In this document: positions 1 through 12,215 of the stretch, in pieces
Layout of the letters: each line of letters opens with the position of its first letter
Numbering within the stretch: position 1 is the first letter of the stretch
DNA from: the human T2T-CHM13v2.0 reference genome, Homo sapiens
Assembly (NCBI RefSeq): GCF_009914755.1
Contig: NC_060935.1
DNA length: 64,000 nucleotides
Direction: 5' to 3' (one strand)
Translations under genes and position numbers: made by a program
The notes under the pieces: model-generated
What the model saw: only the letters and a program-made list of their open reading frames with translations
Databases searched by the model: none
Told to the model about the DNA's origin: nothing

Positions 1-1068
1 TCATTTTGCTCCTCAGTTAACTCTGAATGATTAGTCCTGCATGTAGGAGTTGTACCCCTTAGAAATAGAAGTAGACCCCGGGCCCTTTAAGATTGTTTCT
101 GGAATTCATTTAGTCTGTTGGATGCAGGCCTCACCAGAGCCCTTCCTTGATAGCCTGCCCTCCTGGTTGGGGAAGTGGTTCCTCAGAGTGGGAGCCAGTC
201 TCAGGGATGGTTTGTCTGCATTCTCTCAAAGCTTCCTGTGTATGGGAAATGAACAGCTTCCATCCACATCCTTCCTTCTCCTTGGCAGGCTGAGCCCTGC
301 CCTCTCTGTGAGATTCCAGGAGTCTGTGACATTATCTGCTAACTCCCAGGAGAGGCCCTGGACCACAGTTGCAAGCCTTGAGAATGATGAATATGCAGGA
401 AGGGGTAGTGTGCCAGACAGGGGAGCTGCAGAGTTAGTGTGATTGAGCTGGCCAGCCATGCAGGGCAAGGTGAGCTGGGGCCTGAGCACCCTTTGAGAGG
501 GCTCAGCCCATGCAGGGCCATTTGCCATCCTTAGGAGTTAGGAGCTGTCATTTGTTTGTCTGCATTCTCCAGGGTTGTAGACTCAAGAGTCTTAGAAATC
601 CCACTGGCACCCGAGCACCCCACTGGCTGCAATTAACCTGTTCAATAATAGGTCAGCAACTTTGTAGAGGATGTTTGCGGATAGCATTCTACTGGGTGCA
701 CTAGTACTATTGACTTTGGTCTATAGAAAGCCTGATGTGTCCCCAGTGGCAGAAAAAAGCTAGGAGCAAATTCTGCTGCATCACAGAATCCTTAGGCTAG
801 TGTGACATTTAGAGGTCACCTGGCCCTTCCATTTGCCTGCAGGCAGGCCTGGACATAAACCAGCCTAGACAGGTAAGAATCTTCTCTTTCTCTGCCTTCA
901 AAAACTTTTGTTCACAGAAGGACATTTCATATATACCCTTAGTGTCTACTATTCCTCAACCCTGAGACAGTTCTCCCTTAGAGCTCATCTATATTCCTCT
1001 TGTTCCCAGAGGTTCTCTGATTTGTACTTCCATGAAGATGGCAGGAAGAACCCATCATGTGTTGTACT

Positions 1069-1279
1069 CAATGGCGTGCTGGAGCCCGCTGGTATGGGTT
1101 TCTCCAGAGCCAGTTGTACATATCTCTTCCAACTCTGGGGTCAGTGACATCACATTGGTAACTTATAATCAGCCATAGTATGAATATTTATACCATAGAA
1201 ATTGGCAAACACTATACCTCAGGGCTTTTGTTTTTCCCCATAGAGAGGCAGTTGTTCAACATTTACCAGCACACGACTG
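1069..1279. mobile_element. MER63-like hAT (Blackjack) MITE
   Basis: Terminal inverted repeats caatggcgtgctgg ... ccagcacacgactg. Internal 'tcagtgacatcacattggtaact...gaaattggcaaacact' matches the recalled MER63A consensus. Confidence 0.75.
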
Positions 1280-1849
1280 CTTGTGTGTAGCAACAAATCT
1301 TCACATAATGTGGGTGACAATTATTCTTTGTACACTTCACTTTAGAGACTTAAGTTGTCACTTTGGTGCCTTTAGGTAAAACTCACTGGTAGGCCGAACT
1401 GTAATTTCCCAGAGAGTAGAGGCTATGACTAGTATTCCCCCACCACAGTGGGCCTTTTATACAGCAGTCGCATGTTGATTGCATGCCAAAGGAATGAAGG
1501 ACACATATCAAATCATCAGGCTGAATGACTGTAGGTTTTCATCATCTTAGTCCTAGTGCCATCCTATTGTTTGAGTCAGATTTGCCAAGTAAGAGATATA
1601 TTTATCTGAGTTGACTTCAGGGTTGTAAAATTCAATTCAGAAGAAATTATGAAACATCTACTTAATGTTGACCGTGTTTTAGACTCTGCTGCCAGAAAGA
1701 GGGAATATTAATGAGTAGCAGCAGCCCGTCACTCCCATTCTCAAATACCTTACAATTTTATTTGGAATATATGTATACAAACAGAATTAAAGATCAATTT
1801 GGATGTTCTAGAAGAGTTATGCTTCAGGGATTTTGAGTGATCAGAAAAT

Positions 1850-2112
1850 ACAGTGGTTGTAATATGCGGCACCAGGTTCACATCGCCTGCATTCAAACTC
1901 CAGACCGCTACTTAGCAGCTATTTGACTTTGGAAGAGTTGCTTAACACCCCCTACCCTGTCCCACCCCAATTCAGATTCCTCATTCTAAGGGGCCAATGA
2001 AATCTATCTCATAGAGTAGGTGTCAGATTCAATGTATTAATGATTACAAATCACTTGGCACGTTGCCTGGAATAGAGCACGTGTAAAATATAAATATACA
2101 GTAGTTATTATT
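1850..2112 (+). mobile_element. MIR SINE
   Basis: MIR core ('ttcaaactccagaccgctacttagcagctatttgactttggaagagttgcttaac ... ctcatagagtaggtgtcagatt ... cttggcacgttgcctgg'). Confidence 0.7.
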
Positions 2113-2232
2113 TTTATCATATAATCTAATGCCCTGTTTTTACAAATAAAGACACTGAGGTCCAAAAGTGGGGAAATGACTATTTACTAATTAGTGGCAG
2201 GCCTGGGATTAGCAGCAGTAACTAACTTCATT

Positions 2233-2520
2233 TATCAGTATAGGTGAGGGTATATGCTTCAGTGACAAATATATCCCCAAATTTCCAGTCTCAGTGCCTT
2301 GACACAATGGATGCTGTTTACTGTTTATGCAAAGTCAGATGCAGATCAGGAGACCCTACTCCATTCTGCAGCTACATCATCCAGCCCCCATGTCTCTAAG
2401 CCCACCACAATGGGGGCAGAGAGAGATGGAGGAGGTGTGCCAGCTCTTAACTGCTTTGGCCAATCCATTTCTCAGAATGAGTTGTATTGCCCCTGCCCTG
2501 GGGACACTGGCAATATAGAC
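2233..2520 (-). mobile_element. Old MaLR (MLT1-type) LTR fragment
   Basis: 'tatcagtataggtgagggtatatgcttcagtgacaaat...aaatttccagtctcagtgccttgacacaat' resembles the reverse-strand 3' end of MLT1J/K/L LTRs. Confidence 0.45.
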
Positions 2521-3908
2521 AGGCAGAAGGCCACGTGATGAGCACACTATCTTGCACACTAACAGTATGGAAGACATCACAAGGCAGCATATGATTAAGT
2601 GCTTAACAGCAGGACAGGTACTATGTGCCACAGTTTATGATTAAGTGGCCTACTAAGGGGTATAGACAAGTGCTGTGGGAGATTAGAGAAGGGGCAGATA
2701 AGGAAGGAAAAGGAACTAAACAATACTTGCTGAAAAAGTGCTAGCTTAGGACCTAGCACCAGTGCGAAGACTGGTGAACTCCCCTTAGCGCAGCATGGAC
2801 AAGGAGAGAGCCTGCTGCTGTGAAGTTCCTGGGCATCCCTCCCCACCCATCTTCACCAGGCATCAGGTTGGAGGATGGAAGGAGGTGCCAGCTTGTTCAA
2901 CATCAATTCCTGGTAGCCCAGGCCACTGCTCCTGACTCTCCGTCTTCCATTCATCCGCAGAAACCTCCACCGAGCCCAGATTCTTTCAAAGGCCCTGAAA
3001 CAAGCGCTTCCTGACAAAGCATGAGGTGGTAGAAACAGTATTGGATGCAAAAGTAATAATGCATTTTTCCGTTTCCACTTTGCTCCTGACAGCCTGTGTG
3101 ACTTTAAGCTTCTCCACCTCTCTGGTCTGGGCCGCAGTTCTTATTGGTGAAATGAGGCTCCTTAAGCCCTTTTACAGACCCTATTCTCTGGGTGCTGCAC
3201 CTGTCATAGCCATCATTTGTAGGATGGGGTAAAATCTTTGGAGGGATAGTCTGGGAGTGTCTGAGTAAAGATTCAGGGGAGGAGAGGATTTGACTAGGGA
3301 TCTAGCAGCTTAGAGGGTGAACAGGACTGCACATGGCATATGGAAATCTTTGGTAAGGGGCCAAGCTTACATCAGAATGGAGACAGGATAAAGAGGCAGC
3401 CCTGGAAGCTGTGCCCAGCCTCTTAAATCTCAGCACTGACATATCAATCAGTCAGTTCAATCAGTTGCAACATTTTTTTCTTTTGGAAATAAATAAAGAT
3501 GAAGGCGGGAGATACCACACAAAGAAGAAACCTCAGAGCGGCATGGAGAGTCACACTGCCATAGAGTCCTGGAGCTGGATTCTGATTTATAGAGCAGGCT
3601 GAATTTGATAAATCAGGTACCTCAATCCAGTGGGTTTAGGCTCTTGTTTCCTAAATGGGAACTTAATGTTGTTCACTCATTCATAGGTAAGGATGCTGCA
3701 CCAGAAAGTTAATATACAAATCTGTTATTTACAAGAGTCGTCATGTTTGTTTGTTTTTTCTTTTTTAAAAAAGCTTATACATAATACACATCTCAGATAC
3801 AAACTTTGTGGTATAAATTGCCCCCCTCTTCCTACACATCTCCCATTTAGAATCCCTCCTGGCCAATCAGACCTTACACATGTGGGGTGGGAGAGCTGGT
3901 AGTAAAAG

Positions 3909-4352
3909 GGCAGGTTGTGACTGGGTGAGTTGGGAGTCGCTGGAGATAATGGGAGAGGTGGAGTGCGGGGTATGGGGAGTGCAGGAGTAATTTGTTCCTC
4001 ATTTAGTCTTAGGCTCTTTTATGTTTATTTATTTTACAGCCTATCTGGTTTTGGGAGCCCACTGATTAAAAAAAAGTTTCAAGTCAATAAAATATGCAAC
4101 TAGAGATGGATTCTGGAGCTGGTTTATTAGGCAGGTTGTGATTGGGTGAGTTGGGAGTCGCTGGAGATAATGGAAGAAGTGGAGTGGGGGGGATGGGGAG
4201 TGCAGGAGTAATTTGTTCCTCATTTAGTCTTAGACTCTTTTATATTTATTTATTTTGTAGCCTATCTGGTTTTGGGAGTCCACTGATTAAAAAAAAAGTT
4301 TCAAGTCAATAAAATATGCAACTAGAGATGGAATCTGGAGCTGGTTTATTAG
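3909..4352. repeat. Two-copy tandem duplication of a ~221-bp unique unit
   Basis: 3909-4130 and 4130-4352 align at ~95% (about 11 substitutions and 1 indel, counted by eye). Confidence 0.95.
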
Positions 4353-5284
4353 ACAATTTCCTGTATGGCTCCCTGGGGGAGCACACTCCACACCCTACTG
4401 CCTGGGGCAGGGCTCTCCTCCTGGCATTAACCCTTGGGGTGCCTCGAGCAGACCTCCTGAGGCACAGGAGCCTCACACCCTCCCCAGGTCCTGGGCTCCT
4501 GCCTCTACTTTGTGCTCAGGCTTCTGCAGGCTCCTGAAAAGGCCAAAAACATCCCTGCCGATTTAGCGGTCTCCACTCGTTCCCTCCCTTGTGCCTCTGT
4601 TTCTTTAGGAAGCCACCTCCTCCAAGAAGTCTTCTCTACCTAAATGCACTTATTGGTGAACACATTAGCATTTACATTAGCAAATGACAACAGCAAGAAG
4701 GGGAAACTTTATCAGAGGATGAAATGATAAAGCAGATGCTTGTGTTTTTAGGAGTGGCTTTATGTCTGTAGGTAGACCCAGACTTCTAGGTCACTGTTAA
4801 TGGAGTGAGATGGAGGCAGGAGTAGTGAAATTTCTCTTGGGATGGGCTCCCATGTGGCTGCCCACAGGTATAGGCAGTTCCTCCTACTTGCCAAAAAGGG
4901 CTTCTATCTACTTCTCCACGGCCTGCCTTCTTTCTGCACTACGTCCTCGACTCAGCCACCTGCCCTCGGATGGACACACCTTTCTCCAGAGCCTTCCAGG
5001 CCCAGGCTGACTTTTTCAAAAGGAGATTTGTCCCAAAGAATGTCTTCATTGAGGAAGTGAAGAGGTTTCATTTTAACTACAGGGGTGCCTCACTTAATAC
5101 ACTAAATAGATTTCTGAAAGGTTGCAAGTAAAATGAAAAAAGAGAGAGAGAGAAACCCTCTCTTAAAAGCACTGAGAGCGTTTCTATTTAAAGCAATCTT
5201 ATGATAAATTCTTTTGCAAAGAATTGCTCTGGTCCCGAGCAACACATTTGCAGCTCTACCTTCCTGCTGGACATTTCAACCTAG

Positions 5285-5520
5285 ATAATAATAATGCTAA
5301 CATACTGACTGATTGGCTGCTAACTGTGTGCCAGGCATGTATTTGGGTGTGGCTGTGTGTATGTATATAGAAATATATATATACATTTGAATGTATAACT
5401 TTCTCACCACAACCCTATGATATAGGTTCTATATTATCCCCATCTAATGGATTAAGAAATTGTGTTATAGAGACATAAAGTAACACGGCTAGTAAGTTAC
5501 AAAGTCAGGATGGCCTACCA
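5285..5520 (-). mobile_element. MIR SINE
   Basis: 'actgtgtgccaggca...ctcaccacaaccctatgatataggttctatattatccccat...' is the reverse-strand MIR core. Confidence 0.7.
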
Positions 5521-5572
5521 GCAGTTCAACCAAAATTTACCTAAAACCAAATTTGTCATTTGTCCACCTTAG

Positions 5573-6254
5573 TGTAACCACCCAGTGGATTCATTTTGCC
5601 CACTGCCCAGATACAGCCAATTCATCAAGACAGGGGGATTGCAATAGAGAAAGAGATTAATTCATGCCAAGCCAGCTGAATGGGAGCCTGGAGCTTTATT
5701 ATTACTCAAATTGGTCCCCTCAAAAGTTCAGAGACTAGGGCTTTTCAAGGATAGTTTGGTGGGTAGGAGGCCAAGGAGTGGGGAGTTCTGATTGGTTGGG
5801 TGATAGATGAAATCATAGAGTCGAAGCCATCCGCTTGCACTGAGTTGGTTCCTGGGTGGGAGCCACAGGACCAGTTCATGAGTTCAGGTGGAGCCATCAG
5901 TAGTCAGAAATGCAAAAATCTGGAAAGACATCTCAAAAGGTCAATCTTAGATCCTACAATAGTGATGTTATCTGCAGGAGTAGATGGGGAAGTTGCAAAT
6001 CTTATAACTAATGTGTTAGTCCTACAGAGGCAGTCTGGTCCCCAGGCAAGAAGGGAATTTGTTTTGGGAAAGGGCTGTTATCATCTTTGTTTCAAAGTTA
6101 AACTATAAACTAAGTTCCTCCCAAAGTTAGTTCGAGCTGTCCCCAGGAATAAACGGGCAGCTTGGAGGTTAGAAACAAGATGGAGTCAGTTAGGTCAGAT
6201 CCTTTTCACTGTCATAACTTCCTCACTGTTATAATTTTTGCAAAGATGATTTCA
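5573..6254 (-). mobile_element. LTR8-family (ERV1) solo LTR
   Basis: TG...CA ends with a 4-bp TSD TTAG (5569-72 / 6255-58). The reverse complement starts tgaaatcatctttgcaaaaattataacagtgaggaagttatgacagtgaaaaggatctgacctaactgactccatcttg, the LTR8 5' end. Confidence 0.85.
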
Positions 6255-6329
6255 TTAGTCGGCTTAGACTGCCTTTTTTTTTTTTTTTACTTTTGCAGCC
6301 AGCATCACAATTTTCCCAATTAGTGGGCA

Positions 6330-6860
6330 GAACTAAACCTTTGAGCATTGTTTTCTCTCCCCACTCCTTTTCTTCCTTCTTTGCCCACTCAGTCAATTGT
6401 CAAGTCCTGTTGATTTGACCATGATTCCACTTCTCCAGTCACTTCTACATTTCTCCCCAACTTTGTTCCTCCGGTACGCTGTTACCAACCAGTGTCCCTA
6501 CTCAGTCTCTTTGCCTTGTGCCCCGTCTCCCCGCTGTTTGTCAGTGTGACCTCCCTAAAGCACCAGGCTCCACATGCCGTGCTCCCTCCTGACTCAATTT
6601 TAAATGGGTGATCAGAAACAGTCTTAGGATGACAGTGACATCTGATAAAAGCCCAGTAGGAGGGGAGGCAGCAAAACCTGGAGCTATCTGGGGGAAGGGT
6701 ATTTAAGCAGATGGAATAGCACGTGTAATGACCCTGAGGCAGCTGAGAGCCTGGAAGTGCAGGATGCAGCAGAAAGCTGCTGATGCAGCCAGGCTTCTGG
6801 GCCCTCCAGCCTGTCCTCAGCCTCCTCCTCTCATTGAGTCTCCAGCTTTCTCTCTGCCTC
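6330..6860 (+). mobile_element. L2 fragment interrupted at 6595-6780 by an inverted L2 segment
   Basis: L2-like pyrimidine-rich text ('cagtcaattgtcaagtcctgttgattt', 'ctccctaaagc') lies on either side of an oppositely oriented segment. Confidence 0.55.
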
Positions 6861-8766
6861 ACCCCTGCTTCTACCATTTGCTCTGTTAGACAGTGACAGC
6901 CTATTGACTCCTCTCTCTATTACTGACATTGTCCCTGCCAGGACCAACTTACTCTTCACCTGGGCTTCCAGAGAACTCTCTAGCTCTCTGGAAAATCCAT
7001 CACTTTCTTTCCTGCATAAACTTGATCTATATTTTGATTATTTTTACTAGCTACTTGGGGGCCGAGATCTGATTCAGCCACATGCTTTCTACAGGGCACG
7101 TGCTGTAGGTCCAGGGAATACTGAGGTATGTAAGACATGAGCCCCGCCCTAAGAAAGAAGCACTCCGTGGGGAAAAGAGGCACAAAAAGGCATAATTTCA
7201 ATTTAGCAAATTGATGCAGAGCTGGAGGTCTTCATGTGGAGTTGGGGGTGACTGTAGCCCTGGTCTCTTTTGTACCCTGTAATGTAGAGCAAAGCGCCGT
7301 GCGCATCATGGAGCCTCAGGGAGTGTTTATTTAATTGAAGCATTCCTCAGTGACTCTTTTATTAAAAGGGATTTAAAAATATTTAGTTGGCTTACCCCGC
7401 CTGAGGTATATGTATTATATCAGGTGCTTGTGCATTCTGCTGGGAGCTCATGGGCAATTGTTGATATATTGTTCCAGAAGTGTCTTCATGGCTATTTCAT
7501 GTGTTTCATATGTGCATTTTGAATTCCATAAGGATTTCTCTATTCTACTCTTTTATACTCCAGAGAACCATGAACTGACAGACTAAAATCCCATCCACAG
7601 CCATACATCAGCATAAGGAGATCAGCCTTTACCCTCTGCTCTCACCTAAGCAGGGACCACTGTGGGCCTGATTTTCTCACCTTGGAGAATGGGAGGATGC
7701 AGAGATAATGAAATCACACTCTTGAGGACCTTTTAAAAGCCAACATGGAGATGATAGTAATTATTCACCTGTGCCCTTGAGTAGTCCACTAAAGCATCCT
7801 GAAGCCAGCCTCTTTATGTATAAAGTGACACCTGCCCTCAAAGATTGATGTGAAAATAAAGTGAAGCAATGTGTGTGACATGCCACACCCAGTGCCCAGC
7901 AGCGGTCAGTATTTAGCAAACAGCAGCCATCATAGCAAATGGCCAGGGTGATTACTGGGCTAGGCCTTGGCAGGCAGTGATAATAAGACAAATTTACTTC
8001 TTTCTCTCCAAATTGTCATAGTCTAGTAAGGGAGATGCAAGGAAAAAGATGATTTTAGTGCATATTACGAGTCCCTGGCTAGGGGTCAATGAGAGAGTGG
8101 AGGGAGCACCTGGAAGGCTTCCTTGAAAGAAAAGACTTTTCTCCTGAGGGTTGGAGGATGAGTCAAAGCTAGCGAATGATGATGGAAGGGAGGGAGTAGA
8201 CAGAAAGGATGGCTGTTTTGCAGCAAATTCTAGCATCTTTTATAGCCTGAGAGGCTTAAGTGAGACTATAGACTAGACAGAAAAACAAGGAAATTAATGA
8301 CATAGTAGAATGAAGAAATTGCTTTCTTTAGGACACTCAGCAAAGGGATGGAGTAGATTAGGCATTGATACAGTAGGACTGATTAGGTAGAAAAAGGTCA
8401 GAGCAGAGCTATTTAGCTCAGTAGTTTTCATGCTAATTTCTTAAGGACCTAGTATAACTCTCCCTTCAAATGAAAACTTCCACAGAAGCCCAAAATATAA
8501 AGCTGCTGTGGAAGAAAGAACGTGTTGTCGCCAGTGTTTCTTCAGATGGCACCCTGGAAGCCCCCACTTCCATCACAGTGGTCCTTGGACACGTCTAACG
8601 GATCCTTTGGATTTCTAGGAGCAGAGCTTGAAAAGCCTTGTTTTCAAGGCAAGGAGATTGATGGCCAGATAGTGAAATGATTTTTCTCAAGGTCCCAAAA
8701 CTTGTTCTGAGCTAAAACCAGTGACTCTCAGGCCACTGCATTTTTCTCTACTACACAAGAGGTTTC

Positions 8767-9070
8767 AGACAGGCATGGTGACTCACGCCTTTAATCCCAG
8801 AACTTTGGGAGGCCAAGGCAGGAGGATTGCTTGAGGTCAGGAGTTCAAGACCAGTCTGGGCAACATATGGAGACCCAGTCTCTACAAAACTTAAAAAATT
8901 AGACGTGGTGGCACGCACCTGTAGTATCAGCTACTCAGGAGGCTGAGGTGGAAGGATGGATTGGGCTTGGAAGGTCAAGGCTGCAGTGAGCTGTGATCAT
9001 GCCACTGCACTCCAGCCTGGGTGACAGAGTGACACCCTGTCTCAAAACAAAACAAAACAGAAAACAAAAA
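8767..9070 (+). mobile_element. AluJ-type SINE
   Basis: Dimeric Alu with old diagnostic text (ggaggattgcttgagg, aaggtcaaggctgcagtgagctgtgatc). The tail is (CAAAA)n and the TSD is approximately agag(g)tttc. Confidence 0.95.
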
Positions 9071-9959
9071 TAACCAACAGAGTTTCCCAAAGTATCTTCT
9101 ACCATGAGGTTGTCTATACCTTTCTATGACTCTGGGATCGCTACTCTTTCTACTATGGCTGACCTAGTAATCTTGATCAGGAGCTGTCTTTACCCCAACA
9201 GGAGAAAAAAGGCAAATTGTCCAAGGATATTAGTGATGATGGTCTCCTAAAGCTCAGATTGCCTGGCAATGGATGGACTAGGAGCAAGAGCTCCCTTTTT
9301 CTAACAGGAGGACCTAGGCATTAACTCAACTTCCCACGGGAATGAAATTCCCTCTCTCAGCAGCCTGAATCTACCTTTTCACAAGGTGTGCAGATGCTAA
9401 CAGTTGGCACTCTCAGATAACACCCTACACAGCTGGCATTTACACACAGGCTGCCTGGCACCTCGATCTTGCCTGTGTCTATCCTGCTCTGGGCCATTCT
9501 GCTTCCCCTATGAGTAGAGTTCTGGAGCGTAACTCCATGGTCTGACCCACAGTGCTTTGACCCACAGGTACCATGGATCTTCTTTTGCTAGTGTTGATGT
9601 GTATGTTTCTCCAAGAAAGGCCTCACTTCACCCCACCACATGCTACTGTAGTGTTTGCCTTCTTCCACTTTGACCCCTTCCTCCATTCCATTTTCTTGCC
9701 TTTCTAGTTGGCATTTCCAGTAGAAACTAGGGGTGAAACACAGTCAACAGGTTCTCTGCTGGAGAAGTTTTCCCTCTCTTTTCTTTTCATCTTGCCCATC
9801 TTTGAAGGGACGCATTCCTTCCATGCTGTCCCCTGCAGACCCTTTTTTGAGCACTGTTCTCAGATGACCAAAACCCCTCAGGTGTAAGCACTCTAGAGTG
9901 AAGATGGCAGAAGTGGGCTGGGGGAAGCTTCTAGTTGACTCACACATGACTCCTCTCAG

Positions 9960-10970
9960 ATACCCACCACAGAGTGAACTCTTATTCCTCTGTACATAAT
10001 TGGTTACTTATGTCGCTATATTCTCAATCATAACATAAACTGAAAAAGCAGGGACAATATTTGTTTTGCCCATTACTGTACAGCAGACCTAGAGTAATCC
10101 AAAGTCACTGCAGTGGCCTGCAAGGCCCTTCCAATTTGGCCGCCACACTCCACTTTACTGTCCCTTGCTTCCTTGTCCTCACTCAGCTCCAACCTTTTGC
10201 TGCTTCCTGAAATCCCAGGACCACCACTGCCTCAGGGCCATTGCACGTGCTTTTCCATTTGCTTTAATGGACTTCCCCCAGACAGTTCTGGATTTTGCTG
10301 CCTCCCTTCCTACTGGGCCTTTGTCAACTGTCACTCTCACCGTAAGACCATTTCTGACCACTCATTTAAAATTGGTACCAAACATCCCCCCTACCCTGCT
10401 GACTTAATTAATTTCTCTCTAAAGCACTTACCATGCATTGATATGCTATTTATTTCACTTGTTTATTGATTTTCTTTTTCCCTCTACTAGACGGCAAGCT
10501 CTCTTAGGGCACAGGTTTTCGTATGTTGTCTTCATCGTCTCACCCCGATGCCCAGAACAGTGCCTGGCACATAGTATGTGTATTAGTCCATTCTGACGCT
10601 GCTATGAAGAAATACCCATGACTGGATAATTTAGAAAGAAAAGAGGTTGAATTAACTTACAGTTCTGCATAGCTGGGGAGGCATCAGGAAACTTAAAATC
10701 ATGGCTGAAGGCTCCTCTTCACAGGGCAGCAGGAGAGAGAATGAATGCCAGTGGGAGAAATGCCAGATGCTTATAAAACCATCAGATCTCTTGAGAACTC
10801 ACTCACTATCATAAGAACAGCATGGGGGAAAGTGCTCCCATGATCCAGTTGCCTCCACCTGGTCCCACCCTTGACACTTGGGGATTATTGCAATTCAAGG
10901 TGAGATTTGGGTGGGGTCACAGAGCCAAGCCATATTAGTCGTTGTTGAATAAACATCTGTTGAATTAACA
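9960..10970 (+). mobile_element. L2 3' fragments (split by THE1 LTR)
   Basis: L2 3' end text 'ctagacggcaagctctcttagggcacagg...cccagaacagtgcctggcacatagta', resuming after the LTR with 'aataaacatctgttgaatt'. Confidence 0.75.
10579..10937 (-). mobile_element. THE1 (THE1C-like) MaLR solo LTR
   Basis: tgtattagtccattctgacgctgctatgaagaaatacc ... gagatttgggtggggtcacagagccaagccatatta, ~360 bp, is the typical THE1 reverse strand. Confidence 0.9.
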
Positions 10971-12014
10971 CATGAATCATATTGAGAATGAGAGCAGGCT
11001 CCAGGCTTCATTGCCATTTCTGTTTCTATTTTCTCAGGGCTTGGGGACCTAGCTGTATAAGAACTGCCATGGAAGACCAGTGTCAACATGTTTATTCTTT
11101 TTCACATTGGTCTCCTTTCATTTCTTACTAAACCACCTAAATAGGCTTTATGTTTGAGAACTGCCTTCCTTCCCAGCAGCACTTAGTGAAGAAAAATATT
11201 TATTTGGGTTTGATGTTGGCAATACATCAAAATCCAATAATCATACCATAGTGCAAATGCATTAAGGGGTGTGAGATCTATAATGTAATAACATGTAATC
11301 TGCACATCAGGATCACAAAGGCAAATCTATAATTTCATTTGATTTATTTTCTTAAAATGTGACAGTCCCACATGTTGCTTGAAATGATGGAAGTTGGGAC
11401 AAACAGAAACTCAGGAGATTTATGAGCTGTGTCAGCCAAGACTTGGGGATTCCTCCTTGGTCTGTGCTTGGAAGATCAGCCTGAACAATTTCCTCTTTTA
11501 CAGCAGCAATATCTTGTCTGCATTCAGGAGAAAGACCCCCGACCTGTAAACATATTAGCAGGCGTGTTCTCTTTATGAGTGTGTAAATTTCTCCGCAGTG
11601 TGTGCCTCCTGGGTCTTGGGGACCTGTTTATTGGTGTGAGCCATTCTGAGGCTCGAATTGACAAGCCTGTGTGGGAGAAAGCTCCAGTGTGGTCTAGACT
11701 TGTGCCAAGTGGAAGGTGGTGGACAGTCTGGGAGATTTGAAAAAACAGCATTAGACATTTTCTCTGAATAGTGGGCAGGAGTCTGCTCAAATGAAATAAA
11801 ACAAAACCGTTTCAAAGGCCTATGAGTTGTGGCCCAAGGGTCAGCACTGGACAGATTCAGACTTACCAAAGCCATCCAAGAGGCTTTTTCACCCCAACGG
11901 AAACTTAGATTCCCCCTCCTCCCTCCACATGGTCTCTCTTTCTCCCCAGGGTTACCCTGTCCTATCACTGCCTCAAGTTGGCTTTTGCTTGACGAGTGAC
12001 CTTATGTTAAAAGC

Positions 12015-12215
12015 AACAATAACCGTTGTTTATTGGAAGCTGGCTCTATGGCATACATTTTTCAATACCATCTCATTAACTGCCCTGCAAGGCAGGTGTG
12101 CTGGTCTCAGATTTGTTCAGGGGGAACTGGAGGCTCAAGGAGGTTAATGGCTGAGAAAGTCAGCATTAAAGCTAGGATTTGAGCCCAGGCCTGTGTGGTT
12201 CCGAAGTCTTTGCTC
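12015..12215 (-). mobile_element. MIR SINE
   Basis: 'gaactggaggctcaaggaggttaat...ctaggatttgagcccaggcctgtgtggttccgaagtc' is the MIR reverse core. Confidence 0.65.

Noticed and set aside
50-704. Overlapping 60-130 aa ORFs at the window start
   Set aside because: No known motifs, non-ATG starts in some, and lengths compatible with chance in moderately GC-rich DNA.
780-1020. Possible CR1/L3 fragment
   Set aside because: Only a short resemblance ('acagaatc...ttagaggtcacctggccc'), too weak to call by eye.
2853-3050. Minus-strand 65-aa ORF with an acceptor-like ttgtcag
   Set aside because: No recognisable homology and no supporting neighbouring exons, so it cannot be supported as coding.
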